Below, piece by piece: positions 61,969 to 64,000 of a stretch of DNA of 64,000 bases. The position numbers were made by a program, and so were the translations under genes. Origin of the DNA: Blastocystis sp. Blastoise. Its lineage: Eukaryota > Protista > Bigyra: Opalinata. The stretch is from the NCBI GenBank assembly GCA_039096225.1, contig JBBPEB010000027.1, positions 1,034,641 to 1,098,640 on the forward strand. The letters run 5' to 3'. Numbering within the stretch: the first letter of the stretch is position 1; every line of letters starts with the position of its first letter. The notes under the pieces were generated by a model that was not told where the DNA came from, ran no database searches, and was given only the letters and a program-made list of their open reading frames with translations.

Positions 61969-64000
61969 ATGTTACAAAATAAGAGATCTTTGATATTTCT
62001 GTATTTTATATTACTGTGTGTAACTGCTTGTGTTGATATAAATGGAGAATGGCCCGAAGTGAATAGTGGTGAGATGTCTACAATAGGTTGTGATATATCA
62101 TCAAGTGGTATACGAAGACGTTTATGTTTAGAAAGTGGTGACTGGGGCGAAATTGAAGATTTATGTATAGAAAATACAAATATTGAGATAATAAGTCCAT
62201 TTTATTCTCAAGATAATATGAGAGGTGGTTTAAATCCAACAAATACAACTTTTCGATTTACTACTTCTTCTTCTTTTACAATAAGTAGTTGGTTTCGTGT
62301 TCGTATAGATAATAGTTCAACAAGAACAACTTTATTTTCTTTTTCTAATGGTTATACTTATTCAAATGGTAAATTTCGATTATTAGAAATATGGCAAAGT
62401 GGTCGTCTTCATTTAGATGCTTGGGGAACAGGTGTTGATGTTGATGGTTCTACTATAAATGGTTGTAATAATCTTGGTGATAATATTTGGAGATTTTTAG
62501 TACTTCGTTATGATTCTTCTTTAAATACTTTAGAAATAAAAATAAATGGAAATACTTGTATTTCTACAAGTAATAGTATACAAAATTTATCTACAATAGA
62601 TGATTCTTATTTTATGTCCTTAGGTTCTATAGAATCCAATTTTGCAAATCCTTATCATATTCATTCTATTCTTGCTTTCTCTTCTTTTACTTATTATCGT
62701 AATAATGCTTTATCTAATGATGTTTTAGAAGTTCTTAAAGGAAATCAACCTGAAGATATAGGTATAGGTATTCGTCGAGTATATTATAATAATGATAAGA
62801 ATTCTATTCATGTTGATATTATTCCTCAATCTATTCCTAATGATGAAACAAATGTAATTATTAGTTGTATAGCTATAGCTATTGATAATACTATAAATAT
62901 AAATATTCCTTCTATTGATGATATTCTATTATCTTCAAATTCAATTGATGAATTTACTATTGGATCTATTTCTACTATTCTTATTCCTATTATAGATAAT
63001 ACAAAAGATTATCATATTTATTGTGCTGGTAAAGGTGATTCTTATAAAACTTCTCCTTTATCTTTAGAACAAAATAGTATTATTCTTCATCATAATTATG
63101 AATCTATTTCAGAATCTTTAACTAAAATAAAAACAAATCAAGTTAATATTAATAATTCTTTATTTTGGATTCCTTTTGAAGATTCTCTTGAAGATTATTC
63201 TATTTCATTTTATATTAATACAATTCAAACATCTTCTTTCTTCTTTGGATTTCGTTCTGCTTTATATTTTAATAATGAAGGTACAAAAGATATTATTATT
63301 GAAAATGGTAAAATTGGTTTAAAACTATATACTAGTTCTTCTACTAGTCAATCATTTATGTCTATACAATCAATTAATGATGATATATGGCATCATATAT
63401 TATTTTGTTATTCTTCTTCTACAAATACATATACATTATATATTGATAATAATTTAGATTCTTCATTTATAAATAATGATTCTTCTTCTTATTTAATTGC
63501 TCCTTATTTTGGATTTTATTTTATTAATGGATATACTCAATTTATAGGTAGTCATAAAGAAATACGTTTCTATCATTCTATTCTTAATGAATCAGAACGT
63601 TTATCATTATATAATGATATTCCAAAAGAAATTAATATTCAAAGTAGTTATATATCTACTGAAAATTCTGTATCAATTACTTTCTCTATTCAAAAATTAT
63701 TAACTAATGAATTAATTCCTATTTATATATATATTCAAGAATCAATTCTTCCTATACCTTCTTCTTCTATTATTATTAATGAAGGTCAATTTCTTTCTGT
63801 ATCTAGTCTTGAAGAAAATAATATTATTTTTAATAATCTTAATAATGATACTATTTATTTTGTTTATTTCTTTATTAATATGATTGATTATTATGTTATG
63901 ACTGAAGAAGAAATTATAGAATATAAATTATCTTTAACTACTTTATCTACTTCTCAATGTCAACAATTTATTGCTACTCAAAATTGTTCTCCATCTAGTC
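61969..64000 (+). CDS. Giant secreted mosaic protein, copy 2 (5' part, runs off the window)
   Basis: Near-identical to 22225-24256 (about 9 substitutions seen, no indels). About 190 bp of upstream sequence, including the putative 5'UTR intron, is also shared. Confidence 0.92.
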   Translation, partial: MLQNKRSLIFLYFILLCVTACVDINGEWPEVNSGEMSTIGCDISSSGIRRRLCLESGDWGEIEDLCIENTNIEIISPFYSQDNMRGGLNPTNTTFRFTTSSSFTISSWFRVRIDNSSTRTTLFSFSNGYTYSNGKFRLLEIWQSGRLHLDAWGTGVDVDGSTINGCNNLGDNIWRFLVLRYDSSLNTLEIKINGNTCISTSNSIQNLSTIDDSYFMSLGSIESNFANPYHIHSILAFSSFTYYRNNALSNDVLEVLKGNQPEDIGIGIRRVYYNNDKNSIHVDIIPQSIPNDETNVIISCIAIAIDNTININIPSIDDILLSSNSIDEFTIGSISTILIPIIDNTKDYHIYCAGKGDSYKTSPLSLEQNSIILHHNYESISESLTKIKTNQVNINNSLFWIPFEDSLEDYSISFYINTIQTSSFFFGFRSALYFNNEGTKDIIIENGKIGLKLYTSSSTSQSFMSIQSINDDIWHHILFCYSSSTNTYTLYIDNNLDSSFINNDSSSYLIAPYFGFYFINGYTQFIGSHKEIRFYHSILNESERLSLYNDIPKEINIQSSYISTENSVSITFSIQKLLTNELIPIYIYIQESILPIPSSSIIINEGQFLSVSSLEENNIIFNNLNNDTIYFVYFFINMIDYYVMTEEEIIEYKLSLTTLSTSQCQQFIATQNCSPSS

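Overview
Very AT-rich, intron-containing eukaryotic genomic DNA using the standard code. Most introns are short GTATAT...TATAG types padded with TA/TTA microsatellites. The gene content suggests a Blastocystis-like anaerobic stramenopile, which is inference from AT-AC introns, giant He_PIG/Cys-rich secreted proteins and a presequence-bearing Cpn60. By hand-splicing I reconstruct 10 complete genes, all ending in TAA: a TPT-family transporter, mitochondrial/MRO HSP60, a GOLD-coiled-coil-F-box-like protein, a 1917-aa low-complexity protein, a BTB/Zn-ribbon protein, a single-pass Ser/Thr kinase, a ~5960-aa secreted mosaic protein, a nucleotidyltransferase-ankyrin protein, a nitroreductase and a degenerate NCKX-like exchanger. 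A near-identical second copy of the giant gene starts at 61969 and runs off the window. The strongest signals are in splicing. Two introns are clear U12-type AT-AC introns. Two others have A in place of the invariant G (one GT..AA, one AT..AG). One intron splits the HSP60 start codon (AT|G). Also present: a nested mobile-element island at 40.7-45.2 kb (TIR element, GC-rich MITE-like unit, 1.5-kb purine tract, spliced ORF-less exons), Merlin/ISXO2-like relics upstream of both giant-gene copies, and a gene-restricted excess of CCRYGG/CACGTG words built from rare codons. All gene models are manual and have no transcript support.
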